Shown piece by piece: positions 8,720 to 17,091 of a DNA stretch of 50,268 bases. Numbering within the stretch: position 1 is the first letter of the stretch; each line of letters begins with the position of its first letter. This DNA comes from a virus (Duplodnaviria > Caudoviricetes). The notes under the pieces were generated by a model. It had not been told where the DNA came from. It saw only the letters and a program-made list of their open reading frames with translations, and did not search any database. Where the stretch lies: positions 1-50,268 of IMG/VR virus record IMGVR_UViG_3300031949_000056; one strand, given 5' to 3'. The position numbers and the translations under genes are program-made.

Positions 8720-9352
8720 ATGAGAGACTGGACGCCTGAGACGTGGTGTGCGGGGATCGCGCCGGAGGATGGCATCTACTGGCGAGAGGCCTGCGGCGAG
8801 GATGAACAGATCACCGTGCCGGCGGGCGCGGAGTGGCAGACGTACGGCCTACGCGGCGGCAATGCAGGTGACCTGCTCGTGACCGGAGCGGGTCCAGGGA
8901 ATTCGCATCGTACCGGCAGCGGCGTGGGCAGCGCGTGGCGTCTGGGCAGCGGCGCGGGCGACGCGTGGCGTACCGGCAGCGGCGTGGGCAGCGCGTGGCG
9001 TCTGGGCAGCGGCGCGGGCAGCGCGTGGCGAACCGACAGCGGCGAGGGCGACGCGTGGCGTACCGACGGCGGCGCGGGCGACGCGCATCGAACCGGCAGC
9101 GGCGTGGGCGACGCGAATCGGACCGACGGCGGCGCGGGCGACGCGTGGCGTACCGACGGCGGCGCGGGCTACGCGAATCGGACCGACGGCGGCGCGGGCG
9201 ACGCGAATCGGACCGGCGGCGGCGCGGGCGACGCGTGGCGTCTGGACAGCGGCGTGGGCGACGCGCAGCGTACCGGCAGCGGCGCCGGCGACGCGCAGCG
9301 TACCGGCAGCGGCGCCGGCTACGCGAATCGCTCTGAGGAGCCGGTCGGGTAG
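8720..9352 (+). CDS. 10-aa repeat protein, paralog 3 (14 repeats)
   Basis: Same N-cap; different repeat order. Confidence 0.85.
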   Translation: MRDWTPETWCAGIAPEDGIYWREACGEDEQITVPAGAEWQTYGLRGGNAGDLLVTGAGPGNSHRTGSGVGSAWRLGSGAGDAWRTGSGVGSAWRLGSGAGSAWRTDSGEGDAWRTDGGAGDAHRTGSGVGDANRTDGGAGDAWRTDGGAGYANRTDGGAGDANRTGGGAGDAWRLDSGVGDAQRTGSGAGDAQRTGSGAGYANRSEEPVG

Positions 9353-9375
9353 CCGGCGAGAAATGAGAGGAAAAA

Positions 9376-9582
9376 ATGATGAACCAGACGAATAATGATG
9401 AGCGTTGCGGCACGCCCCGCTGTCGCGGGCCGGTGGTGATGACCTACCTGGGCAAACCGCTGTGTCAGCGGTGTTGGGACACGGCGAGCATGGAGATTCC
9501 GCGGGGCCCCCTCGATGGTGATGTCCGGAAAACGAGCGACATCCGCATCGAAAAAATCGTACGGGCGCTGCACCGGGAGTAA
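9376..9582 (+). CDS. Small zinc-finger protein (cassette 6)
   Basis: CGTPRC...LCQRCW. Confidence 0.7.
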   Translation: MMNQTNNDERCGTPRCRGPVVMTYLGKPLCQRCWDTASMEIPRGPLDGDVRKTSDIRIEKIVRALHRE

Positions 9583-9632
9583 TGAGCCATGACCATTAGT
9601 GGAGACTGATTTTGCTTCTTTCCCCTCCGACT

Positions 9633-9670
9633 GGCGGGGCCGGGTGGCTGCTCATCGCCCGGCTCCCGCC
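9633..9670 (+). terminator. Long GC-rich hairpin closing the cassette array (terminator or processing site)
   Basis: GGCGGGGCCGGGTGG / TCGCCCGGCTCCCGCC; no clear U-tract. Confidence 0.4.
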
Positions 9671-9738
9671 GGTGGGGAACATAGAGGACGCTGACCCATG
9701 AACAGGTGTTGATGAACGAGACCCTACAGGATTGAACG

Positions 9739-10371
9739 ATGAATCTGAAATTTCTGACCAACAACGTCGCGCATCACGAACGTACGAGATACGCGATCGA
9801 CTCCGTCGCCATCTACGAGCAACACGTAGTTTCGACCAACGGACGAGCCATGCTCGTAATCCCCCATGAGGCCGCGGCCAATGGGGTGTTTAGTTCCTCG
9901 TGGCCGATTCTGGTACCACTAGCGATGATCAGGTTGGCTGAGGCAGCCTACCCTCATGACGCCGTCGTCCAGGTCGCCCTCGTGCCTGCCGCGGCGACAG
10001 GGGGATACGTGATCCGCCTAATGTGGGATGGGTCGCGAAACGGAAAAATGACCCCGCGGGGTCATCCGTGCGTCACGATTGAGCAGGACTATAGGGACGG
10101 TGAGTTCCCGTCGTGGAAGGAGCATTTTCCCGATTCTGCTGTGCGGAGCAACAGTCGGGAAATGAACGCACATGGGTTCGATATGAGTTTCGGCGCGAAC
10201 TACTGGATTCAGATTTTGAACATCTTCTCCGCATTGGACATTACGCAATTCTGCGTCCAATGCGCAATGGGCGATGATTACCGCACAAAGCCCGTGATTT
10301 TTTCGTCGGCGTGCGGCGTCCAGGCGACGTTGATGCCGGTAAAGATGGACAAAAAGAAACAAATGACGTGA
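9739..10371 (+). CDS. DNA polymerase III beta-clamp-like protein (partial domain set)
   Basis: RYAIDSV, VSTNGRAM, DGEFPSW and TLMPVK resemble DnaN middle/C-terminal motifs. Confidence 0.6.
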   Translation: MNLKFLTNNVAHHERTRYAIDSVAIYEQHVVSTNGRAMLVIPHEAAANGVFSSSWPILVPLAMIRLAEAAYPHDAVVQVALVPAAATGGYVIRLMWDGSRNGKMTPRGHPCVTIEQDYRDGEFPSWKEHFPDSAVRSNSREMNAHGFDMSFGANYWIQILNIFSALDITQFCVQCAMGDDYRTKPVIFSSACGVQATLMPVKMDKKKQMT

Positions 10372-10457
10372 GTCTCTTTTCTCCTCCAGCCCGGCGGGAT
10401 CACCCCCGTGGGCGCGAAAGCGCCGGTCCCGCCGGGCACCTTTGAAACGGTCGAGAA

Positions 10458-10648
10458 TGATCCGCTGGATGCTGGTCGGTGCGCTGTGCGGGCTGCTGTA
10501 CAATTGGGTAACCGATGCGCTAACGTCCGTGTGTGCGGCGATCGACTCAGAGCACAATTACAAATTCAGCGGTTACAAAACCCTGGCGGCATGGGTGGTC
10601 GCTGGGACGATCGTAGCCGGCCTGACGTGGTGGCTGTGGTATCTGTAG
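10458..10648 (+). CDS. Small two-TM membrane protein
   Basis: Two hydrophobic segments. Confidence 0.55.
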
Positions 10649-10657
10649 GAGCGAACG

Positions 10658-10990
10658 ATGATAGAAGAAATTACTACCGAGTCCGATTTGAACGCGAAGG
10701 GACCGCGAGGGTCGTGTTGGTGTTGCGGCGAACCGGACATCGAGCGGGTGAACCGGCACGACACATTGGATTGTATCGATGTTCTGAAGGCCCGGTGCGA
10801 CTCTCTCTTGGCTGAACTGCAAAAGGCGAACGCCGCCAACGAGGCAATGCGGACGTTTTATCACGATAACATAGAATATCACGCGATGGACCTCGAGTTA
10901 TGGTCAACGTGCCCGCACTGCTGGTCGCGGCCGCCGACGCACCGTGGCGACTGCGATTGGGCCAATGCGTTTAAGGAGGGCGAGAAATGA
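10658..10990 (+). CDS. Hypothetical Zn-binding coiled-coil protein
   Basis: AGGAG RBS; CWCC and CPHC...H..DC motifs. Confidence 0.7.
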   Translation: MIEEITTESDLNAKGPRGSCWCCGEPDIERVNRHDTLDCIDVLKARCDSLLAELQKANAANEAMRTFYHDNIEYHAMDLELWSTCPHCWSRPPTHRGDCDWANAFKEGEK

Positions 10991-11224
10991 AACAAATTGC
11001 AAACAAGCCCCATTGGGTCTCGTTATATGAATCTAAACGGGCATCGGGGTACGTTCGCATCCACACAGAAAAACCGTCGTGGTTCCGGCTCTATGGGGAA
11101 TGGCGCTCTTCAAACCAAACCTGCATGGCCCTCAAACAGTTCCAAGCCTTGTTCGGCGTATGCCCGGAACGAAATGAGTGTATCGTGTTTACGGTCCCCG
11201 CGTTGGGGGCGAAGGTGATAAAGA

Positions 11225-11410
11225 ATGAAATTTTGTATCGCCGACATTCTCGACGGCCTGCTTTACGGCCTGACAAAACACAACGAGCGACGCGTCGTCC
11301 ATGATGCATTGGAGTGGGTCATTAAGCGGTATAAGGCCGACCCAGAATTGCAGTTCGAAATTGCGGCGTTTATCGAGCGCTACGCAGAACTGAAGGAGAC
11401 ATGCCCATGA
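11225..11410 (+). CDS. Hypothetical protein
   Basis: Helical ORF coupled to its neighbours. Confidence 0.5.
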   Translation: MKFCIADILDGLLYGLTKHNERRVVHDALEWVIKRYKADPELQFEIAAFIERYAELKETCP

Positions 11411-11589
11411 CCGAGGACAACGATCCGACGAGCCGAATCCTGACATTGCAGCACGATCTGGACGCGGCACGTGTAATAATCATGCATCTACGGGCCGAGA
11501 TCGAGAGAGTGAAACGCCTATTGGATGACCAGGCACGCGGTCACGATGTGCATACCCATCGGGGACAAACTCAGATGACGGGGCGGTGA
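11401..11589 (+). CDS. Small coiled-coil protein
   Basis: AAGGAG RBS; LRAEIERVK. Confidence 0.6.
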   Translation: MPMTEDNDPTSRILTLQHDLDAARVIIMHLRAEIERVKRLLDDQARGHDVHTHRGQTQMTGR

Positions 11590-11592
11590 CAA

Positions 11593-12588
11593 ATGGCGAT
11601 CAATGAGATAGAAAAAATTACGCACGCTGAGTTGCAAAAACTCGTGGAACCCGCCGGGCAAGTCGTCGCCTGTCAGGACGAGAGGGCCTGGCGCAATGCA
11701 AGGTCGGAGCGCCTGACGGGGTCTAGGACCGCCGCCGCAATAGGGTTTGCCGAGCGGGAGTACGAGGGTTCGCCGGTGTCCGTGTGGGAGGACTATCAGC
11801 GGGAACGTCGAGGCGAATTCGACGACTCACCGACGATCGAAATGGAAGAGGGTACGGCGATGCAACCGTACATCGCCAGGCGATATGCGCGGGAAACGGG
11901 TGTGCGACTATTGGAGGCGCCGCCTTACACGATCGTTCGGAGCGTCGAACACGACTGGTTGCAGGTGACACTCGATTACGTGGCGGTCCACCCCACGGAT
12001 AATCATCGCCTCGTCGAATGCAAATTTTCGTCCGTGTGGGATGCGTGGGAGGACGGGGAATCGCCGATGTCCGGTCTCGTCCAAGTCGTGACTCAAATGG
12101 TATGTACGGGTATGAACGGCGACCTCGTGGGCCGCGTAGGGCGGGATCTGCATATCCGCCCGCAGGAACTAGGCAAGACAACAGCTTTCGTCAATCGCGT
12201 CCTGATCCCGCAAGGGCGGCTGTTTTGGGGCTGCGTGGTCAATGGGGTGATGCCCCAGATTGACGGTTCGGACGCGACCACGAAAACGCTGAAGCGACTG
12301 TTCAAGCAGGTCAACGACGATGACTTCGCTGTCGTCCCCGGCGCGGAACAAATCGAAGCCCGATGGAGAGAGTTGAACGACCAAATCCAGGCTGCCGAAG
12401 GGGCGCGAGACGTGTTGAAAAATCAAGTCGCTGCCCGACTGGGCAACGGTAAATACGGGACCGACGAGAACGGGGTGACGATGTTCCGCCGTGAAATGGT
12501 TAAGGGGTTTCCCGTTCCCGCTCGGTATCAGGAATCGTACGCCAAGGGTCCGATGCTGACCCGCAAACGAACGAAAGAGAAAGGATAG
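11593..12588 (+). CDS. YqaJ-like viral recombinase exonuclease
   Basis: W...R...LTGS..AA, SP..VW, WLQVTLD, VECK (PD-D/ExK nuclease). Confidence 0.8.
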   Translation: MAINEIEKITHAELQKLVEPAGQVVACQDERAWRNARSERLTGSRTAAAIGFAEREYEGSPVSVWEDYQRERRGEFDDSPTIEMEEGTAMQPYIARRYARETGVRLLEAPPYTIVRSVEHDWLQVTLDYVAVHPTDNHRLVECKFSSVWDAWEDGESPMSGLVQVVTQMVCTGMNGDLVGRVGRDLHIRPQELGKTTAFVNRVLIPQGRLFWGCVVNGVMPQIDGSDATTKTLKRLFKQVNDDDFAVVPGAEQIEARWRELNDQIQAAEGARDVLKNQVAARLGNGKYGTDENGVTMFRREMVKGFPVPARYQESYAKGPMLTRKRTKEKG

Positions 12589-12590
12589 CA

Positions 12591-13769
12591 ATGACTGTAG
12601 AACAGGTAGAGGCCACGATGATGAACCCGCAGGCATTAAAGCGAGCGGCTGAACTGCCCCGCGACCTTGCAGTGATTCAGATGGAAAACGACTCCATCAT
12701 GGCGATGGCGTTAGCCCACCCGCGCAACTATGCCCAGGTACTTTCCGATCTCATGGCGCAGGTCGTGGCGTTCCCGTCGTTCGCCCGATCCGCGATGTAC
12801 AGCAAGCCGGTAGGCACCGATTACGATAGCAAAAAAATGAAGTTCGTTCGAGGCCTGTCCATTCGAGCTGCCGAGGCAATCCGTGAAGCTTACGGTCACG
12901 TCGGCATTTCCAGTGCCGTGGTCCCCATTAGTGATACCGAGGCTCGTATAGAGGCGCAGTTCACGGACTATCAGCGGGGGAGCGTCTGGCGATCCTCTAC
13001 CGTAGTGAGCAAGATTTACACGGATCGGTATCATAAGTTACAGCGCCATAATGATGACCGTTTCAACAACGTGGTCTGCAAGGCGGCGCTGAGCATTGCC
13101 GTTCGCGAAGTCATTCTTCGGTGCGTGCCGCCGGGACTGAAATCGGAACTCGAGGAGTGCATCAATCGGCAGGTGAACTCGTTCCTGGACGACGCCACCG
13201 TGACGAAAATCGTGGCCAACTTTTCCGAGAAGTTGGTCAGCGCCGAGGATTTGGAGAAGCTGCTGGGAAAAAAGCGAACCGATTGGACTCGCGACGATCG
13301 GCAACGACTCGTCGAGGTCTGGACGGCGATCGAGGACGGCGAGACTACGGTGGGAGAATTGTTCGCGAGCAGCGCCGCCCGCAGCGACAAACCGACGGGT
13401 ACGGACAAGCTGGCAAAGGCCGCAGAGGCCGCAGAGGCCGCAGAGGCCGCAGAGGCCGCAGTCCCCGTCGCCGACGCGACGCATGACGCGGATTGGATCG
13501 AATCAGGCCGTGATCCGGTAGCCGCTCCCATCCCATCCCCCGCGCACACCCCGTTGACGCCGCCGAACGCGAAACCGCCGAGCAAGGGTCCGTCGCGCAA
13601 TGCGATCGTCGCTCGGATTGATGCCACGAAACGGCGGGTGCCGGTGCCCACGCGCAACACGATCATGGGCCGCTATGAGTTGACGAGTTTCATGGGGTCC
13701 GATCTGAAAATCCTGGACGACGAAACGCTCGTCAGATTGGCGGATGAACTCGAAGGAGCCATTCCGTGA
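12591..13769 (+). CDS. Putative single-strand annealing protein
   Basis: Directly after YqaJ; GLSIRAAEAI core and low-complexity linker; family not identified. Confidence 0.5.
   Translation: MTVEQVEATMMNPQALKRAAELPRDLAVIQMENDSIMAMALAHPRNYAQVLSDLMAQVVAFPSFARSAMYSKPVGTDYDSKKMKFVRGLSIRAAEAIREAYGHVGISSAVVPISDTEARIEAQFTDYQRGSVWRSSTVVSKIYTDRYHKLQRHNDDRFNNVVCKAALSIAVREVILRCVPPGLKSELEECINRQVNSFLDDATVTKIVANFSEKLVSAEDLEKLLGKKRTDWTRDDRQRLVEVWTAIEDGETTVGELFASSAARSDKPTGTDKLAKAAEAAEAAEAAEAAVPVADATHDADWIESGRDPVAAPIPSPAHTPLTPPNAKPPSKGPSRNAIVARIDATKRRVPVPTRNTIMGRYELTSFMGSDLKILDDETLVRLADELEGAIP
13417..13461 (+). repeat. In-frame 9-bp tandem repeat AGGCCGCAG x5 (encodes AAE linker)
   Basis: Seen directly. Confidence 0.9.
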
Positions 13770-15115
13770 AACTGATAGAACTGCGCATCGAAAATTTCAT
13801 GCGGATTAAGTTGGCGACGATCCGCCCGGACGGAAAGCCGGTCGTCGTACTGACCGGAAAAAACGGGGCGGGGAAATCCTGCGCGCTGCGAGCCATCATG
13901 CGTGCATACTGCGGCAAGCGGTTTCAGCCGCCGGAGCCGATTCGCCGTGGGGCCACGCACGCCGAAATCGCGGTCACGACTGATGAATTCGTTCTTACGC
14001 TTCGCATTCGCGAGGCCAGTGAAGAACTGGAAATCGTCGGCTTGGACGGCAGCCCCTACCATTCACCGCAAAAAATTCTAGACAAGCTGCGCACCGATCT
14101 GTCATTTGACCCGCGAGCGTTCCTGACCATGTCTCCGAAATCGCAGGTGGAATTGTGTCAACGGCTGGCCGGCGTGGACTTCGCAGCGTTGAACGCACGG
14201 CGCGAGAAGGTGTACACCGAGCGTACGATGGTGGGGCGTGAACTGAAACAGGCCGATGGGCAACTAGCCGGCATTCCGCCGGTCTCCGCGCCGGACACGG
14301 AAGTCCGCGTGTCGGTGCTGTCTGACGAACTGGCCAAGGCACACGCCACGCGGGCGAGCAACGACCGTTCTCGTCGCGACGCCATGGCTCGCGAAAACGC
14401 CATCCTACAGGGAAAGCGCCGAATAGAGGATTTAACCGCTCAGTTGTCGTCCCTGCAGCAGGCGCACGAGGCAATGATGTGCGAGAATGAAAGATTAATC
14501 GCCGATACCCCAGTGCTGATCGACCCTGATACTTCGGCCATCGAAGCGCAAATGCGGACCGCCGAGGAAACGAACCGCAAGGTCCGACAGAAACATGAAC
14601 GGGCCGGAGTCGAAACGAGAGTTACCGCCCTGACGGATAAGCAGCGAGAGTTGTCGGAGCTCATCGCCGAGATCGACGCGGAGAAGGAATTCATGATCAC
14701 GGGCGCGAACCTGGGCGTCCCCGGCCTAACGTTCGACGAGTCCGGGGTGCAACTCAACAATCTCCCGTTCGAGCAGGCGTCGTGCGCCGAGCGGTTACGG
14801 GCATCCGTGGGGATGGGCATGGCCCTGAATCCTGACCTGCGACTGCTGACGATCGAGGACGCGTCCGTATTCGATTCGGCGTCGATGGAGTTGCTTAACC
14901 AAATGGCCGAAGAGCACGACTTCAATATCCTGGTGGAGCGGGCAACCGACGGGCAGAGGGGCGTGGGCATCGTCTTCGAGGACGGTCTGATTGTGGATGA
15001 ATCCCCGAAAGGAATTGAACATGGCGACGACGAACATCTCGATCGACCAACCGACGGCCGATCAGCCGCCCATCGTGGATTGGGCGGGGTGGCCCGTCGT
15101 AATAAAAAGGATTAG
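13766..15115 (+). CDS. SMC/RecN-like AAA_23 ATPase
   Basis: LRIENFMRI, GKNGAGKS, long coiled coil, signature ASCAE, Walker B LTIED. Confidence 0.85.
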   Translation: MKLIELRIENFMRIKLATIRPDGKPVVVLTGKNGAGKSCALRAIMRAYCGKRFQPPEPIRRGATHAEIAVTTDEFVLTLRIREASEELEIVGLDGSPYHSPQKILDKLRTDLSFDPRAFLTMSPKSQVELCQRLAGVDFAALNARREKVYTERTMVGRELKQADGQLAGIPPVSAPDTEVRVSVLSDELAKAHATRASNDRSRRDAMARENAILQGKRRIEDLTAQLSSLQQAHEAMMCENERLIADTPVLIDPDTSAIEAQMRTAEETNRKVRQKHERAGVETRVTALTDKQRELSELIAEIDAEKEFMITGANLGVPGLTFDESGVQLNNLPFEQASCAERLRASVGMGMALNPDLRLLTIEDASVFDSASMELLNQMAEEHDFNILVERATDGQRGVGIVFEDGLIVDESPKGIEHGDDEHLDRPTDGRSAAHRGLGGVARRNKKD

Positions 15116-15278
15116 GGATTCCTGCAGCGAGGATACCATTCGCGTCGTGCGACAGCGGGGTGCCGCTAGTCCCCGCTATTGGGAGGAAATGAACTTGACC
15201 CTCGCCAACGCCGAAGCCATGGGCCACGCGTTGATCACAGCAGCGAAGAGGTTGGCTGGAGATACAAATGAGCCGTGA
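15021..15278 (+). CDS. Hypothetical protein
   Basis: AAGGA RBS; LT..NAEAMGHALITAA motif. Confidence 0.6.
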   Translation: MATTNISIDQPTADQPPIVDWAGWPVVIKRIRDSCSEDTIRVVRQRGAASPRYWEEMNLTLANAEAMGHALITAAKRLAGDTNEP

Positions 15279-15513
15279 ATATCCTACGAATTGGCGGGGC
15301 TGCAGGGTCATCGTAACGGATTCGTCGGTTCAGCGAGAATGCGATCAGCTCCGCTATGATCCTGCCGTGATGCTATTGATCGACGACGAACCAAGCCGGA
15401 CGCATTGCCTGACCCCAGACGATGCCGAGCGTATCGGCATGGAGTTGATTTGCGCCGCAGGTCGGGCACGTGAAGCACAAGCCAGCTGGCCAAAAGATGA
15501 GAACCATGACTAA
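15268..15513 (+). CDS. Hypothetical protein, paralogous to the previous gene
   Basis: LTPDDAERIGMELICAA motif. Confidence 0.6.
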   Translation: MSREYPTNWRGCRVIVTDSSVQRECDQLRYDPAVMLLIDDEPSRTHCLTPDDAERIGMELICAAGRAREAQASWPKDENHD

Positions 15514-15724
15514 GGGACGACGATTGCCGCGCACGTGGAATGGATCTAGGGACGCAGCCGTGAAGCCCACGGGTTGCCTCGACGTTGATCTATATTTCGA
15601 ATACGTGGAGACAATGGAGCGCACGCCCATAGGTTCCGCGGCACGACGCGACCTCAATGCCGTGTTGGAAAAGCGCCGGCCCATCGTAGACAAGTGGCTG
15701 TCAACATTGTTCGAGGGAAGGTGA
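15506..15724 (+). CDS. Hypothetical protein
   Basis: Coupled ORF; start approximate. Confidence 0.45.
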   Translation: MTKGRRLPRTWNGSRDAAVKPTGCLDVDLYFEYVETMERTPIGSAARRDLNAVLEKRRPIVDKWLSTLFEGR

Positions 15725-15728
15725 CCCG

Positions 15729-16010
15729 ATGAAACTAACGTGTGCCCGATGCGGCAGAGTATCGGACAATATGCTCTGCGAGCGTTGTCGGCGGTTGAAC
15801 GAGCGAGGACTCAAGGTTTGTCCGACGTGTTTCGGCACTGGCCACGCAGACAATTGTAATGTCCGTTGCGGGTATTCACGTTGTAATGGCAGGGGAATAA
15901 TTCGCCTCACAAAAAAGGACAAGTTATCTGTTAGCGCTTCCAGCAAAATCTCCTGGACAAACGACGTTGCGTGTCTGATCGAGTGTCTGGATTGTGGATT
16001 ACAAACATGA
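15729..16010 (+). CDS. Cys-rich zinc-finger protein (DnaJ-like CxxCxGxG)
   Basis: CARC, CERC, CPTCFGTG, CNGRG, CLDC. Confidence 0.65.
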   Translation: MKLTCARCGRVSDNMLCERCRRLNERGLKVCPTCFGTGHADNCNVRCGYSRCNGRGIIRLTKKDKLSVSASSKISWTNDVACLIECLDCGLQT

Positions 16011-16681
16011 AGCGCGCCCAGATACCACCTAACGTCCTAGCCAAGATCGCCAAGCAAGAGGGCCATCGTCCCCGGCCGGCGAAGGCGCCGACGGATCCGC
16101 AAACCGTGCCGCCGCATACCACCATTGTCGGGATCGATCCCGGTACAAGATTCATGGGACTAGGGGCAATACATGCCGCCAGCGGAAAGTGCATCCATGC
16201 GTCGGTCTTGGTCCCGCCGTACGGTTTGGAGCGTGACCTAGAGGCGCGCGCAGACTGGCTGTTGCACTCGTTGGACTATTGGGTGCGAACCGGATATGAG
16301 TCGGAGAATAATATCACAAGAGAGACTACTATCTACGTCATCGAAACCCCATCGACGCACGGAACGTTCAGGGGGCGCGGCGGCGGAGCCGGACTGTTGG
16401 AATACGCCCGCATGGTGCAACGGGTCGTGCAAGTCGTTCACGACGCCGTGAACTTCGCCCGCGTGTTCGAGGTGAGCGTTGACGAGTGGACGGGCGGAGT
16501 CCGCAAACAGCAGCGAGCCGCGACGTTCCTAATGTCCCACCCGGACGCGCGCCCACTGTTAGACGCGTGCCCGAATCGGTACGTTCTCGATGCCTACGAT
16601 GCGCTGGAATTGGCCGATTGGTTCCGCCGGCGGGAACGGATTCGTCAGATCACAGAGTTACAACGGCAGAACAACGCATGA
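16007..16681 (+). CDS. RuvC-like Holliday junction resolvase
   Basis: IVGIDPGT...G, VIETP, WTGG..K, DAYDAL. Confidence 0.75.
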   Translation: MKRAQIPPNVLAKIAKQEGHRPRPAKAPTDPQTVPPHTTIVGIDPGTRFMGLGAIHAASGKCIHASVLVPPYGLERDLEARADWLLHSLDYWVRTGYESENNITRETTIYVIETPSTHGTFRGRGGGAGLLEYARMVQRVVQVVHDAVNFARVFEVSVDEWTGGVRKQQRAATFLMSHPDARPLLDACPNRYVLDAYDALELADWFRRRERIRQITELQRQNNA

Positions 16682-16770
16682 AACTACCAACACTGGATGA
16701 CCTATTCCTGGCCATCGCGGCATTCGGTTGCGGGGCCATCGTAGTCGTGTGGCTGTTAAGCGAATGGTGA
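16678..16770 (+). CDS. Small membrane peptide (30 aa)
   Basis: ATGA-coupled to the RuvC-like gene; hydrophobic. Confidence 0.5.
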   Translation: MKLPTLDDLFLAIAAFGCGAIVVVWLLSEW

Positions 16771-16807
16771 ATCACGCCGGAAGTACCGGCGAGAATGGAG
16801 GTCTCCA

Positions 16808-16933
16808 ATGAGACGATGGCCAGTGTGGTTGATTGCCGTTGGTCTATTGGGCGACTTGTTCTACTACCTCTGGTACTACATGGACCAGGAGGCGGAGGTG
16901 GTGACCTACTTTGTGGGCGCCTCCGAGGGGTAG
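16808..16933 (+). CDS. Small membrane peptide (41 aa; not in the ORF track)
   Basis: GGAGGT RBS; MRRWPVWLIAVGLLGDLFYYLWYY... Confidence 0.6.
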   Translation: MRRWPVWLIAVGLLGDLFYYLWYYMDQEAEVVTYFVGASEG

Positions 16934-16969
16934 ACTGAAAGGCTCGCCGGCGTACTTCCCCGGCGAGAA

Positions 16970-17091
16970 CGGCGGGTAGCGTGTGGTCGCGGGCATCATC
17001 ATTGCGCCTGATGAACAGCATACGTTATGCAGATCGGATAGAATGCCTCCCCGATCGAGCAACGTACCGGGTTCGATTCCTGGCCCGCCGA
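16970..17091 (+). ncRNA. Expanded tRNA-like RNA
   Basis: 7-bp acceptor CGGCGGG/CCCGCCG, U8A9, short D arm with GG, T arm CCGGG-TTCGATT-CCTGG, oversized structured centre. Confidence 0.65.

Larger units (their letters stand above)
6405..9357 (+). repeat. Six copies of an 18-nt hairpin GYCGGTC-GGGT-GACCGRC, one before each RBS
   Basis: Copies at 6405, 6943, 7713, 8019, 8679 and 9340; compensatory T-A/C-G change between copies. Confidence 0.9.

Noticed and set aside
6443-9352. CRISPR array or DGR explanation for the 30-bp repeats
   Set aside because: Units are contiguous and in-frame with no unique spacers. No cas or reverse transcriptase gene was seen, and variation is not adenine-specific.
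6534-9413. Long Arg-rich and Ala-rich ORFs in other frames and on the minus strand of the repeat genes
   Set aside because: Shadows of stop-free GC-rich repeats; only the GSG frame has an RBS and a conserved cap
10987-11304. 105-aa ORF
   Set aside because: Has an RBS and may be real, but overlaps the next ORF by 80 bp and has no recognisable motif
16970-17091. Calling this RNA tRNA-Sec, tRNA-Arg(GCG) or tmRNA
   Set aside because: Loop and arm geometry fit none of these; no tag ORF or alanine identity pair
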